Assembly (NCBI RefSeq): GCF_006345805.1 | Contig: NW_021835209.1 | Span: 1 to 42,178 of the forward strand | Length of the DNA: 42,178 nucleotides | Direction of reading: 5' to 3' | Source of the DNA: Octopus sinensis | Lineage: Eukaryota | Shown here: piece after piece, positions 1 through 12,980 of the stretch | How positions within the stretch are numbered: the first letter of the stretch is position 1 | Layout of the letters: each line of letters opens with the position of its first letter | Translations under genes and position numbers: made by a program | Notes under the pieces: generated by a model | Seen by the model: the letters and a program-made list of their open reading frames with translations, nothing else | Database searches by the model: none | What the model was told of the DNA's origin: nothing

Positions 1-243
1 TATATGTGTGTGTATGTAGATATATAAGCATATATATATCTGTGTTGGTGTGTAGATATAAATATATAATATATATAAATGTATGTGTATATTTGCATGT
101 GCAAATATATATATATGTATATAGGTACATATATATATGTATGTATGTATGTATGTATATATATGTATGTATGCATGTATGTATGTATATATATATATAT
201 ATGTAGTTTGTTTGTATGTATGTATGTATGTATGTTGTAGGCG

Positions 244-294
<51 letters not shown>

Positions 295-420
295 TATATT
301 ATATATAATATATATTATATTATATATGTATTTATATATATACATATGTATATAATATATATATATTATATATATATATATGTATTTATATATATATGTA
401 TGTAATGTGTGAGATGTATA
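1..420. repeat. compound (TA)n/(TATG)n microsatellite
   Basis: Direct reading of the sequence. Confidence 0.95.
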
Positions 421-769
421 CATGCATGTATCTATACATTCGTATTCGATACCTTAATATAGTTTGTAAATGTAGGCACGAACGTGTATCTCTGTAAATG
501 GGTGCAATTCATTCACTTAATGCACCCTTAACTCACTCTATCTACGCCATTCTTGAACATCTCCTCCCTTCTCAATAACCTCAAATAGACACAACAACAT
601 ACCACCCCTTTCACAACCCACTCCACACCACCCCTCCCCTCCCCGCACCACTACTCCACTTACCCAACCATTCACCCTTTTCCTCTGTATTACAAGAAAT
701 AGGATGAACCCTCTTCACAGTATATCATTCATATATCTAACGAGAATCAATGGCGACGCTGGGAGTGGA

Positions 770-1510
770 GATGGTGGCGGTGGTGATGTGATCGTTGTTG
801 ATGTCGTTGGTGGTGGTGGTGGTGGTGGTGGTGGTGGTGGTGGTGGTAGTGAGGTTCGTGTGTTGGTAGAGGTTGCAGTGATCGTGGCGGTGATGGTGTT
901 GGTGCTGGTGATGATACTGGTGTTGCTGATGGTGGCGATGGTGGTGGTGGCTGTGGTAGAGGTGGTAGTGGTGGTGGTGGTGTGGTGGTGGTGGTGGTGG
1001 TAGTGAGGGTCGTGTGTGGTAGAGGTTGCAGTGATCGTGGCGGTGATGGTGTTGGTGCTGGTGATGATACTGGTGTTGCTGATGGTGGCGATGGTGGTGG
1101 TGGCTGTGGTAGAGGTGGTAGTGGTGGTGGTGGTGGTGGTGGTGGTGGTGGTGGTGTGTGGTGGTGGTGGTGGTGTGTTGGTGTGGTGGTGGTGGTGGTG
1201 GTGGCTGTGTTAGAGTGTAGTGGTGGTGGTGTGGTGGGTGGTGATGGTGGTGGTGGTGGTGGTGTGTGCTAGTGGTGCTGGTAGTTGTTGAGGTGTCTGT
1301 GTCTGCGGTAGTGGTTGTGGTGGCGGTGATGGTGTTGGTGCTGGTGGTGATAGTGGTGTTGCTGGTGGTGGCGAAGGTGATGGTGGTGGTGCTGGTGGTG
1401 GTGGTGCTGGTGCTGGTGCTGGTGGTGAGAATGGTCTTGGTGGTAGTGCAGGTGATGGTATTTGTGGTTGCATGCTGATGATGGTGGAGGGTGGTGGCGG
1501 CTGTGGTTAT
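770..1510. repeat. (GGT)n-rich degenerate trinucleotide block with an internal 154-bp tandem duplication (845-1150)
   Basis: ggtagtgagg..cgtgtg..gtagaggttgcagtgatcgtggcggtgatggtgttggtgctggtgatgatactgg occurs at about 845 and about 999. Confidence 0.9.
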
Positions 1511-1764
1511 CCTTCGTCGACGGCAACAGTGTTCACGATATTGTAACTAGGAGGATGGATACGGGGACGATGGCTGATGAATGGTGATGATGATGATGAT
1601 AGTGTTGTTATTGTTGTTGTTGTAGATGGTAGCATCATTTTTCTGTCAGACTTTGGAACAGGCGTGTCTCACGGTGCTTCTTAGCAATTTACAAAACGCA
1701 GCAACCCAGAGTATCTCGACATCAAATGGCAAAAATTATCAATTTCTCTTGCGCTACTTGCGCT

Positions 1765-1821
1765 TCTACTACTACTTCTGCTACTACTACTTCTACTACT
1801 ACTACTACTACTACTACTGCA

Positions 1822-1857
<36 letters not shown>

Positions 1858-2316
1858 GCTGCTGCTACTACTACTACTACAGCTGCAACTACTACTACTA
1901 CTACCACTATAACTACTACTACAACTACTACTACTATACTACTACTACTACTAGTACTACCACCACCACCACCACCACCACTACTACTACTACTACTATA
2001 CTACTACTATACCACCACTACTATACCACAACTATCACCACCACCACTACCACCACAACCACTACTACTACTATGATATTAATATTTCTAATAGGTAATT
2101 AAGTAAAGAGGAAGCGAGGAGGAAAAGAAGGAATGACGTTCACATCGATGATGATGGTGACGATGATGATGATGATGGTGGTGATGATGATGATGGTGGT
2201 GGTGGTGGTGATGATGATGATGATGATGATGAATCCTTTCATCTCATAAAATAAACAATAAGAACAACAAGAAAAATAAGACTTAGAATATTAAATTGTA
2301 CTAGCAAAAATGATGA

Positions 2317-2349
<33 letters not shown>

Positions 2350-2370
2350 CGGTGGTGGTGGTGGTGGGTG
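1765..2370. repeat. (CTA)n/(CCA)n then (GAT)n/(GGT)n microsatellites
   Basis: Direct reading. Confidence 0.9.
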
Positions 2371-3047
2371 ATAATGTCTTATAATATTTCCCAAAGAACA
2401 ATAACTTAAAACTGTCACAACAGCAACAACAAGAACGCATAAAATATATCTTATTGATAAAGTTAGATAGATATGTTTCTTTATTAGCCACACAGGGCTG
2501 CACACAGATAGAACAAATTACAAGGTAGAGCTTTTCTTTTGAAGGTTTAAAAAATAAAAAAATAAAAAAATAAAAAAATAAAATAAAAATAAAATAAAAA
2601 AGGGGGGGTCGATCAAAAGGGATCGTAAAAGGAGAGAAAGAGGACAAAAAAAGGGGGGGGGTAAAAAAAAGGGGGAGAGGAAAAAAATTGATCAATAGGG
2701 ATCGTTATCACAGAAATGTCAATATGAAGTGTAAAGGGGAGGACAGGTGAGGTTTACCCGGGGAAAGAAAAGCCTACGGAAAAGACCACGGTAACCTCGG
2801 TCAATGAAGTCACATGTTATATTTCTTTTTTTTTTTTTTTTTGCAAATAAGCAACTCTCTGTATTAATTTTTACGGTTCATAGAATCATAGTCAAGGTGG
2901 CTTCGTCATTCATACGTGCCATCCTTGCTACATTCACCCATCTTTTTTTAAAACATTCACTAGACAAAACTTGCCTCTCTACTCTCACTTTTTTCTTCAA
3001 GTGATACTTGAAGAAGTTGATGAGAGATTGACCAGAGAGGAAAGTGT

Positions 3048-3445
<398 letters not shown>

Positions 3446-3679
3446 ATTAGAGGGTGGTTGGAGATCAACAAGCGAATAGAGAGAGAAACGATTATGAAGA
3501 AAAAGACTCTTAAATAGAAAGAGACGGGTGGGAACGGGGTGCGAAAACAAGGAAAACTAAAAGGAGAGCAGCACAGAAGAAAATTAGAAAGGCAAGAAAG
3601 AGAGAGAGGCAGAGTCAGAGGGGGGGAAAGAGAGAGATTGAGAGAGGGTGAGAGAGAGAAAACAGACTTAGTGAAAGAC

Positions 3680-3718
<39 letters not shown>

Positions 3719-3935
3719 TAGTGAGACAGAGGGATAGAGAAAGAAAGAGGGAAGATAATAAAATATTCTCAACAGTAGAAACGTGCGCCATCTTCGGAGT
3801 GTTTTCTTTATCGTAACTGACAGATGATGGTGTGTTTGGGAGAGAAGAGGGTGAGATTTGCCGCAGCAGCAACACCAGCAGCAGCAGCTAAACACCAACG
3901 ATGACGACGACGACGATGATGACGACGGAAGTACT

Positions 3936-4349
3936 TTACTCTTTACTCTTTTTACTCTTTTACTTGTTTCAGTCATTTGACTGCGGCCATGCTGGAGCAC
4001 CGCCTTTTTTTAGTCGAGCAAATCGACCCCGGGACTTATTCTTTTTTGTAAGCCCAGTACTTATTTTGTCGGTCTCTTTTTGCCGAACCGCTACGTGACG
4101 GGGACGTAAACACACCAGCATCGGTTGTCAAGCAATGCTAGGGGGGACAAACGCACACACACATACACATATATATACATATATACGACAGGCTTCTTTC
4201 AGTTTCCGTCTACCAAATCCACTCACAAGGCATTGGTCGGCCCGGGGCTATAGCAGAAGACACTTGCCCAAGATGCCACGCAGTGGGACTGAACCCGGAA
4301 CCATGTGGTTGGTTTGCAAGCTACTTACCACACAGCCACTCCTGCGCCT
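3936..4349 (-). mobile_element. tRNA-derived SINE, family A, full length
   Basis: Minus-strand head aggcgcaggagtggctgtgtggtaag with A-box-like TGGCTGTGTGG and B-box-like GGTTCAGTCCC, CORE-like cttgggcaagtgtctt, internal TG/TA microsatellite and (AAAGAGT)-like tail; homologous to copies at 9106, 28562, 40297 and 41030. Confidence 0.9.
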
Positions 4350-4419
4350 ATGCTTATTATAAAACATTCATAAAATAACCACATTTTTTTTTGTGTATGT
4401 GGCGGGGATATAGTTGCTT

Positions 4420-4610
4420 AATTCAGGCCCTGTAATATGACTGGTATTCCATTTTATTGACTTGACACAACCTTCACTCCACTCCGGAAAGTCAAAGGCG
4501 TAATTCGACTTAGGCAAGATTTGAACCGACAATGTGAGGAGAAGCTATTAAATACCTGACCACATTTTAATCTGTCCATCACTCTAACAATTGTGCTAAT
4601 CCACCACAAT
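4420..4610 (-). mobile_element. old, diverged family B SINE fragment
   Basis: gactggtattccattttattgac...ggaaagtcaaaggcgtaattcgacttaggcaagatttgaacc resembles the family B copies at 32925 and 33326. Confidence 0.6.
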
Positions 4611-4653
4611 CCTGCGATTAATATTAATCTATAAACATCAACAACAGCAGCAG

Positions 4654-4833
4654 CAGGTCAAGAAAAGAGCTCCTAAGTGGTTTCTGATCCTAGTAGAAAT
4701 AGCTGTTAAATTTCTCTCGATGTCTTTAAAAAATGAAGTCTGTACTGAACAACACTGTTTTAGATACACAGAAATATTGAAATACCATTAATGACAGGTC
4801 TGTTCTCTCCAGGTCGCCTTATGGTTCAACAAC
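4654..4833 (+). repeat. 180-bp direct repeat, copy 1 (interspersed repeat family E, CAA tail)
   Basis: Hand alignment to 5348-5527 gives 17 mismatches in 180 bp and no indels. Confidence 0.9.
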
Positions 4834-4839
4834 AATCGT

Positions 4840-5347
4840 GGAGGCGCAATGGTCCAGTGGTTAGGGCAGCGGACTCGCGGTCGTAAAAACGCGGTTTCGA
4901 TTCCCAGATCGGGCATTGTGAGTTTTACTGAGGTGTTTTATTGAGCAAAAACACCTAAGCTCCGCGAGGCTCCAGCGCGGAGTGTGGTGGTGAACCCCGC
5001 TTTACTCTTTCACCACAACTTTCTCTCACTCGTTCTTCCTACTTCTGCCACGAAGCAGAGGAACCATAGTGTAACCCACTATGGTGTGGTAAAGTTTCAG
5101 ACCCTAGTCTATATTGCGAATCCTCTGTAGCCCAGAGGATAACAACATAGCTTTCGCGCCCGTGCAACTGCGAGTCTATCACGTGTGGTGGGTGGATCTT
5201 CAAGCTCCTACACGCATTCTTAGTAGCTTAGTGCATGCTCGAATTAGAGATTATTCTTTGTGGTTATTGGCGTGTGTCCTGAAGAAGAAGAAGAAGAAGA
5301 AGAAGAAGAAGAAGAAGGAGGAGGAGGAGGAGGAGGAGGAGGAGCAA
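4840..5347 (+). mobile_element. tRNA-derived SINE (family C head) with hairpin-rich 3' half and (GAA)n(GAG)n tail
   Basis: Head ggaggcgcaatggtccagtggttagggcagcggactcgcgg...ggtttcgattccc (A and B boxes); the same head occurs at 18147; tail at 5281-5344. Confidence 0.75.
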
Positions 5348-5527
5348 CAGGTCAAGAAAAGAGCTCCTAAGTGGTTTCTGATCTTAGTAGAAATAACTGT
5401 TAAATTTCTCTTGATGTCATTAAAAAATAAAGTATGTACTGAACAACACTGTTTTAGAAACACAGAAAGGCTGAAAGACCATTAATGATGGGTCTGTCCT
5501 CTCCAGGTCGCCTTAGAGTCCAACAAC
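5348..5527 (+). repeat. 180-bp direct repeat, copy 2 (family E)
   Basis: About 90% identical to 4654-4833. Confidence 0.9.
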
Positions 5528-5699
5528 TACCTTATCGAAGGGTCTTACTTTAGACATTCCAGATAGACCTGTGTCATCGATTCACTCAACGCTCTTCAGT
5601 ACTTTACTAATCGATCAAAGCGCAACATATTATTATAATAATATTATAATAATATAATAATATTATAATATTATAATAATAATAAGTATTATTATTATT

Positions 5700-5747
<48 letters not shown>

Positions 5748-5748
<1 letters not shown>

Positions 5749-6146
5749 TTTTTTAAGTGGCCAGCTGGCAGAAATCGTTGGTTTGTCCGTCTGTCCAGCT
5801 GTGTGCAAAATAACACAAAAATTTGTGAACGGTTTTTGATGAACCTTGCAGGAAAAATTGGTAAATACATAAAGAACAGATGATGAAATTTTGGTAGTGA
5901 TCCAGGAATTTTTATGGATTCTTGAAGGATTTTTTCATTTGTTATATTTACTTTACATGAAGTATTTCAATGTTACGTCCTTTGATTATCTCCCTTGAAA
6001 ACACGTTCACCGTTTCAACGTAACCTATGGTGGCGTTGCTGTTTCTAAAGTTTATTTTCGTTTCTCCATTAGAAATTTTACGCGCGTATCTATCTTAAAA
6101 TGAGCTGATTGGTGGAGCGCTGCGCTCTCCGAGTGCATTTCTAGTT
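5748..6146 (+). mobile_element. non-autonomous rolling-circle (Helitron/Helentron-like) element
   Basis: T-rich start, gtttgtccgtctgtcc motif near the 5' end, subterminal palindrome GAGCGC-T-GCGCTC (6115-6127) followed by terminal CTAG (6141-6144) then T; family assignment is from recall. Confidence 0.55.
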
Positions 6147-6256
6147 GTTTAAGCTTACCTCTGTTTAAGCTTACCTCTGTGGTTTTTTGCATATATAATA
6201 AAATAAATATATACTCTTTACAAATTATAAAAATGATAATAATAATAAAATATATA

Positions 6257-6342
6257 ATACAGCAGTTTCTACTTCGCAGATTTCCAATTATCGCGGGAGG
6301 TTAGTTGGAACGTAACACACGCGATAGTCGAGGAATTACGGT
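6257..6342. mobile_element. pogo/Tigger-like MITE remnant
   Basis: TA-bounded; right end ggaacgtaacacacgcgatagtcgaggaattacggta resembles CAGTAATCCCTCG-type TIR MITEs; left end diverged. Confidence 0.4.
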
Positions 6343-6924
6343 ATATCATCTACCGTAATTTACTCAGTTATCGCGGGACGATAAAACGCGAGGTCAGTCA
6401 CAGCGGGGTTGGAACACAGCATGTAAAAGGTGTTTTGCCTGCTCTTGTACCGATTCTAACATTACTATCCTAGAACCACATCGATTCTTCTCTACTACGA
6501 CTAGCATCCAACCAATTCTACCAGTCTGCCACCCTGGTACCCTATGAATTATATCTTCCAACACCACCTCCGCTGTCCTGATACTCACTAGAGTGTAGAA
6601 TTCTTTATCAATTACGTCACCCACGACTTTGATACTCAACAGATATTACTATCCACCACCCCGATATTCTAAAGATTGTACCAGTCCACCACCCTGATAC
6701 CTTATCGATCCTGTCATCAACGACCTCTCTGATTTCTAACGTAAACAAAAAAAGATAATGTAATTAATTTGTGGGGAGAGAGAGGTGAATAGAATCAATA
6801 ATATCGATCTCAATAGATGAACAGTAAAAATCAACTTAAGCCTGGTTTTGAACGGAGAATGTAAAGGCACGTATATAAATAAACATCAACAGACCTTTTG
6901 TCGATCAGCTTTACCGACTCTGCG

Positions 6925-7215
6925 ATGATGATGTTCATGCTGATGTTGATCTTGATGATGAGGAGGAGGAGGAGGATGATGAGGAGGAGGGGGTGGTGGA
7001 GAAGTTGTTTTTGTTGTTGTTTTTGAAGTTGTTTTTGTTGTTGTTGTTGTTGCTGTTGTTGTTGTTGGTGGTGGTGGTGGTGGTGGTGGTGGTGGTGTGG
7101 TGGTGGTGGTGGTGGTGGTGGTGGTGGAGGAGGAGCAGGAGGAAGGGCAGGAGGAAGAGCAAGAAGAAGAACAGGCGGAGGAACAGGAGGAGCAGTAGGA
7201 GCAGGAGGAGGAAGG
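6925..7215. repeat. mixed (GAG)/(TTG)/(GGT) trinucleotide block
   Basis: Direct reading. Confidence 0.9.
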
Positions 7216-7398
7216 GGAATGTTAACGTTATTTTCACATACAGCATCATCATCCTTTTCATATCCAAATGATGTAATCATAACTACCATTGAAATAAGGG
7301 GTAGATATTTTTTTTGTGTTATATCATGTATCATAAATCGATGAATCTATAACTGTTTATACACACACACGCGCGCACACATACATATATATGTATAC

Positions 7399-7430
<32 letters not shown>

Positions 7431-7842
7431 GGAAGTGTGTGTATGCGTGTGTGTGTGTGTGCCTGTGTAGGTATGTGTAGAATACACAATAGAGATAAGA
7501 GATAAAGAGATAGATAGACAAATTAGATAGAAATGCACATATGTGTGTGTATGTATGTATGTATGTATGTATGTATGTATGTATGTATGTATGTATGTAT
7601 GTATGTATGTATGCATGTATGTATGTGTGTGTGTATTTATGTGTTAGTTTCACGCTTGAAAAAGAAAGAGGAGAGTCATGACGCTTCGGACGCTTTTTCC
7701 TTCGTCAGATGAAAAACAGTAAACAAAAAGTGGGGAAGAGGAGAATACATGAGAACATGTGGTTGGAGAAAAAAATGTGAAGTATTTGGGGAACATATGG
7801 GAATGCAGTTCTATGGGGATCTGAGTTGAATATATTCATGTG

Positions 7843-7844
7843 TT

Positions 7845-7899
<55 letters not shown>

Positions 7900-7909
7900 C
7901 AGCAGCAGC

Positions 7910-7953
<44 letters not shown>

Positions 7954-8056
7954 TAGCAGCAGCAGCAGTAGTAGTAGCAGTAGCAGTAGTAGTAGTAGTA
8001 GTAGTAGTTGTAGTAGTAGTAGTAGTAGTAGTAGTAGCAGTAGTAGTAGCAGCAGC

Positions 8057-8098
<42 letters not shown>

Positions 8099-8149
8099 TG
8101 TAGTAGTAGCAGTTGTAGTAGTAGTAGTAGCAGTAGTAGTAGCAGCAGC

Positions 8150-8185
<36 letters not shown>

Positions 8186-8300
8186 TGTTGTAGTAGTAGT
8201 AGTAGTAGTAAGCTTAGCAGAGGCTCAGCAACAGCTCAGCGGCAGCGGCAGCAGTAGCAGCTGCAGCCGCAGTAGTAGTAGTAGTAGTAGTAGTAGTAGA
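7843..8300. repeat. (TAG)n/(CAG)n microsatellite
   Basis: Direct reading. Confidence 0.97.
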
Positions 8301-8665
8301 CGATTTAGGCAAAGTAGGACCAATGATTGGTGACTACTATTAGTGACCTGTCTACGGAGATTCAACCCAAATAATACCCAAGACATAGTATTCTATAAAT
8401 GCAAGCACGTACACACACACACACACCACACACACACACACATACACACACACAGACACTCTCACACACACATGCACGCGTGTGTGCATGTGCGTGAGTG
8501 TCTGTGTATGTTGCCTGTCAAAATATGAAGCATAGACGTTTGGTTTAATTCTCAACTTGTTTGTATTGCGGACACTGAATTTTTATTCAACCGTGCGTCT
8601 GTTCGCACCATTAATGAGTATGTTATTCCCTATTTCCTGTATATCAACGCTGACAAATTATTCAG

Positions 8666-8770
8666 GCATTTGGCTGGATGCAGGTAGACGCCATTGACAA
8701 AGCCCAAGAGTTTCGAAGTGTATCCGATATCCTCGCAAACAACAGCCGGGGCAATTTTTTGTTTCCACCG
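8666..8770 (+). CDS. candidate 105-nt phase 0-0 internal exon (AFGWMQVDAIDKAQEFRSVSDILANNSRGNFLFPP), product unknown
   Basis: Non-repetitive island; ctgac..ttattcAG acceptor, CCG|GTATGT donor, only one frame open; no recognisable protein family. Confidence 0.25.
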
Positions 8771-9105
8771 GTATGTATTGTGTTTTTAACACAGCACTCT
8801 TTAAGAGATGTTATCTTGGACAAAAGCCGAGTGTATCTTGCCTATGAAAGTTTTATATACGTGAAGCATTAAATATGAATAGCTATTTAATTTAATGTTG
8901 CTTCATTTGCACATAGCTATATACAAGTATGCTTGACTGTCACTGTGTGAATGTATGCATATATGCATACATACACACACACACATACTTGTGTATGGTG
9001 TGTGTTTTGAAGGTGCGTGGTCTGCCGATTATATTTATGATCTAATTATTCCAGGAACGAGCGGCGCGTTCTGTTATCAAGGAAAACACTTCATCTTGGC
9101 AGACA

Positions 9106-9404
9106 TGGATTTGGTAGACGGAAACTGAAAGAAGCCAGTCGTATATAATATGTGTGTGTATGTGTGTGTGTGTGTATATATGCGTGTGTGTATGCTTATG
9201 TATGTGTTTGTCTCCCACCATCATTTGACAACCGATGCTGGTGTGTTTACGTCCACGTAACTGAGCGGCTCGAAAAATAGGGCTGGTAAAACAAGCACTG
9301 TGCTTACAAACAATAAGTTCTGGGTTTTTTTTACTAAAGGCGGTGCTCCAGCATGGCCGCAGTCAAATGACTGAAACAAGCAAAAGAATGAAAGAATAAT
9401 AGAA
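9106..9404 (+). mobile_element. family A SINE, 5'-truncated
   Basis: tggatttggtagacggaaactgaaagaag...gcggtgctccagcatggccgcagtcaaatgactgaaacaag. Confidence 0.88.
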
Positions 9405-9668
9405 TATGAATATATATATATATGTATTTGTGTGTATTTGTGTGTGTATATACATGCATATATATTATACACATATATACAAACATACATATATATATGT
9501 ATGTATATATATACAAATATATGTATGTATATATATATATACTATATATATATATTATATATATGTATATACATATACATATATATGTAATTAGATATAT
9601 AATAAATGTATATATATCATGCACATATATAGTGTATGTATATATATACGTGTATGTATATATATTAT

Positions 9669-9699
<31 letters not shown>

Positions 9700-10172
9700 A
9701 TATGTATGTGTATTTATATTATATATATGTATATGTGGGGTGTGTATATCAATACATATTGGTTTCTAATGTTAGCTCATATTTGGTGCCTTTTTCTCCT
9801 CTCGTATTTTTTTCTTTGGAAAAATTGAGAAATTGAAATGTTTGGTACGTTTGGATACGGGTGCGTTGTGTGTGCGTGTGTGTGTGTACGCTCGTGTGTG
9901 TGTGCATGTGTTTGTGTAAGTGTGTGTGTGTGTGTATTTCTATATGTGTTGTTTACATGTTTTTGTATTTCTCCATTCTTTAGATGTCAATCTAGTTCTG
10001 AAGACTTAGATGGCATTACCAGAATTTTCAGTTGTATTTGGGTGCGCGTGTGTAAGTGAGAGAGAAAGAACGAAAGAAAGAAGAAAGAAAGAAAGAGAAA
10101 GAGAGTGAGCGCACGTACACATGCATATCAGTGTGCATGTAGCAATGAACGTGTATCTACGTGTCTAGCTCC

Positions 10173-10251
<79 letters not shown>

Positions 10252-11150
10252 AATATATATACACATATATATAATACATATTTGCATGTACACTCACACA
10301 CACACCCAGATACATACATACACGTATGTTTCTGTTTGTGTGTATATGTATATTAACATGTATTTATACGTGTATGCGTGTATGTGCATTACAGTATATG
10401 CATGCATGTATGCATGTATGTATGTGTGTATGTATGTATGCATGTATGCATGTATGTATGTGTGTATGTATGTATGTATGCATGTATGTATGTGTGTATG
10501 TATGTATGTATGCATGTATGTATGTGTGTATGTATGTATGTATGCATGTATGTATGTGTGTATGTATGTATGTATGCATGTATGCATGTATGTATGTGTG
10601 TATGTATGTATGCATGTATGTATGTGTGTATGTATGTATGTATGTATGTATGTGTGTATGTATGTATGTATGCATGTATGCATGTATGTATGTGTGTATG
10701 TATGTATGCATGTATGTATGTGTGTATGTATGTATGTGTGTATGTATGTATGTATGCATGTATGTATGTGTGTATGTATGTATGTGTGTATGTATGTATG
10801 TATGCATGTATGTATGTATGTCTTTATGCATGTATGTACGTATGCATGTGTATATGTGTATATTTGTGTATGTGAGAATGTATGAATGTATGTATGTATC
10901 TATGTACATATATGAACGTGTATATGTCTATGTATGCATGTGCGTAAGTGTTTGTATGCATGTGTATGTAGGTATGTGTATGTACGTATATGTGTGTATG
11001 TGTATGTATGCACGGGCTTATGTGTATGCATGTATGTGTTTGTATATGTGTGTGTTTGTATGTTTTTGAGTGTGTATGTATGTGTGTGTACGCGGGTATG
11101 TGTGTGTATACATATGCGCATGCGTATGTATGTATGTATGTATGTGTTTG
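9405..11150. repeat. TA/TG/(TATG)n microsatellite-dominated region with short unique gaps
   Basis: Direct reading; pure (TA)n at about 10158-10248 and (TATG)-based array at about 10390-10850. Confidence 0.9.
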
Positions 11151-11334
11151 TGGGAGACAAACTGGAAGCATTTTTAAAGATTGAACAATTTCTTTTTTTG
11201 TTGTTTTTTCTTTTTTCATAAATTTCCATTGAAATAAAAATAAAATATGACAATATTTTCTTATAAAATGCATTCTCCACCCGATTATCCGTAATAGATA
11301 AACTGTAAAATGATAGATCGATAGAAGAGGAGAA

Positions 11335-12050
11335 AGAAGCAGCGGTAGCAGCAGCAGCAGCAGATGGAGTCGCCGGCGCCGTCGTCGTCGTCGTTGTAGT
11401 AGTAGTAGTAGTAGTAGTAGGAGGAGGAGGAGGGGGAGGAGGAGGAGGAGGAGGAAGCGAAGGCGGAGAAAGTTGTGGAGGAGGTGGCGGAGGAGATAGA
11501 AGGAAAAAGGGGAGGAGGAGGCGGAGGATGAGGAGAAGGAGAAGGGGAGAAGGAAGAGGACAGGAGAGGGAGTAGCAGTGGTGGTGGTGGTGGTGGTGGT
11601 GGTTTTGGTGGTGGTGGTGGTGGTGGTGGTGGTGGTTCCTGTTGTGATTATCTTCTTACTATTTGTATTATTCTTAGTAATAGTAGTAGTAGTAGTGGTG
11701 GTGGTGGTGGTGGTAGTCGTAGTAGTAGTAGTAGTAGTAGTATAGTAGTAGTAGTAGTAATGGCGGCGGCGGTGTTGGTGGTTTGCGTTGGTGGATATCA
11801 TCATCACCATCATCATCATCATCATCATCATCATAACCATCATCATTATTGTTATTGTTGTTATTATTCATATTGCATTAATAGAAATATTACCGTTGCT
11901 GCTGCTGCTGCTGCTGCTGCTGCTACTGCAGGTACCCTTACTGCTGCTGTTGCTGTTCCTCTTAGTGCTGTTACAGGTTCTCTTGCCCGTGTTGTTGTTG
12001 TTGTTGTTGTTGTTGTTATCGATGTAGTTGCTGTTGTTGTTGTTGATATA
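11335..12050. repeat. chain of trinucleotide microsatellites (CAG, TAG, GAG, GGT, CAT, CTG, TTG)
   Basis: Direct reading. Confidence 0.9.
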
Positions 12051-12668
12051 ATTGTTTACTTTCTTGTGATCCTTTCCAATGGAAAATTTGAGTGATCAAT
12101 CCATTGGATAAGTTAGGTTTGGATTTTTTTTTTTCTTCAAAAAAAATTTATCGAATTTGTGACGTTTTCTTTTAACTCTTGCTTAATATGAATATGCATG
12201 TGTGTGTGCGTGTGACTACACACACTTATGCAAACACACACACATATTCATACACATGTGTTTGTATAAGTGTATTTGTGTGCTCGCTTTTTTAACCGAC
12301 TGCATGTGTTTAGAAGACTCTGTTTGTGTGTGTATGTGTGTGTGTACGTTTTGTTTTTACAAGCACGAGAAAGAGAATTAGAATTAAATACGCAAAGCCG
12401 AGTATATACACAGTTTTATTAGCTGCCAATACGACAAATGTTATGCAGGTACCTATATTTTCGTTAAAAAACAATTTTTCATGTTTTGGAAATCGATTGG
12501 GGACGAAACTGCAAGTGCCTGAGCTACTCTTGTAGGAATTTTAGCTAATATAATTTCATATATATATATATATATCGAAATGATGTGTCATAATACTATT
12601 CCACAAACACAATCAAACATACTCCCATCATCAGCTGCCCTACGGATATCATTATGGTTTCGACGTCT

Positions 12669-12669
<1 letters not shown>

Positions 12670-12762
<93 letters not shown>
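12670..12762. repeat. (TAGA)n
   Basis: Direct reading. Confidence 0.97.
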
Positions 12763-12946
12763 GAAGATGAATGAGCATAAACAAAGTATCATACACAATG
12801 AGAGGCACATGATTTAACATATGTGTTATTGCTATAACGCTTGAAAGAGAAAGGGGTTTTTAACGCTAGATCTTCATAAGAAAACGAAAAGAAAGAAGAA
12901 AAAGAAGAAGAATGTGCGTATATATATATATGCACACATACACACA

Positions 12947-12980
<34 letters not shown>

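Noticed and set aside
4840-4915. tRNA genes at SINE heads (also 16756 and 39161)
   Set aside because: They continue directly into SINE bodies and lack a proper acceptor stem and terminator
6333-6385. AATTACGGTA hairpin next to the Tigger-like MITE
   Set aside because: Explained by adjacent MITE termini in opposite orientation; outer arms only about 75% matched
12618-12668. HYR-domain-like peptide TPIISCPTDII
   Set aside because: Too short, runs into (TAGA)n, and has no consistent splice sites in that frame
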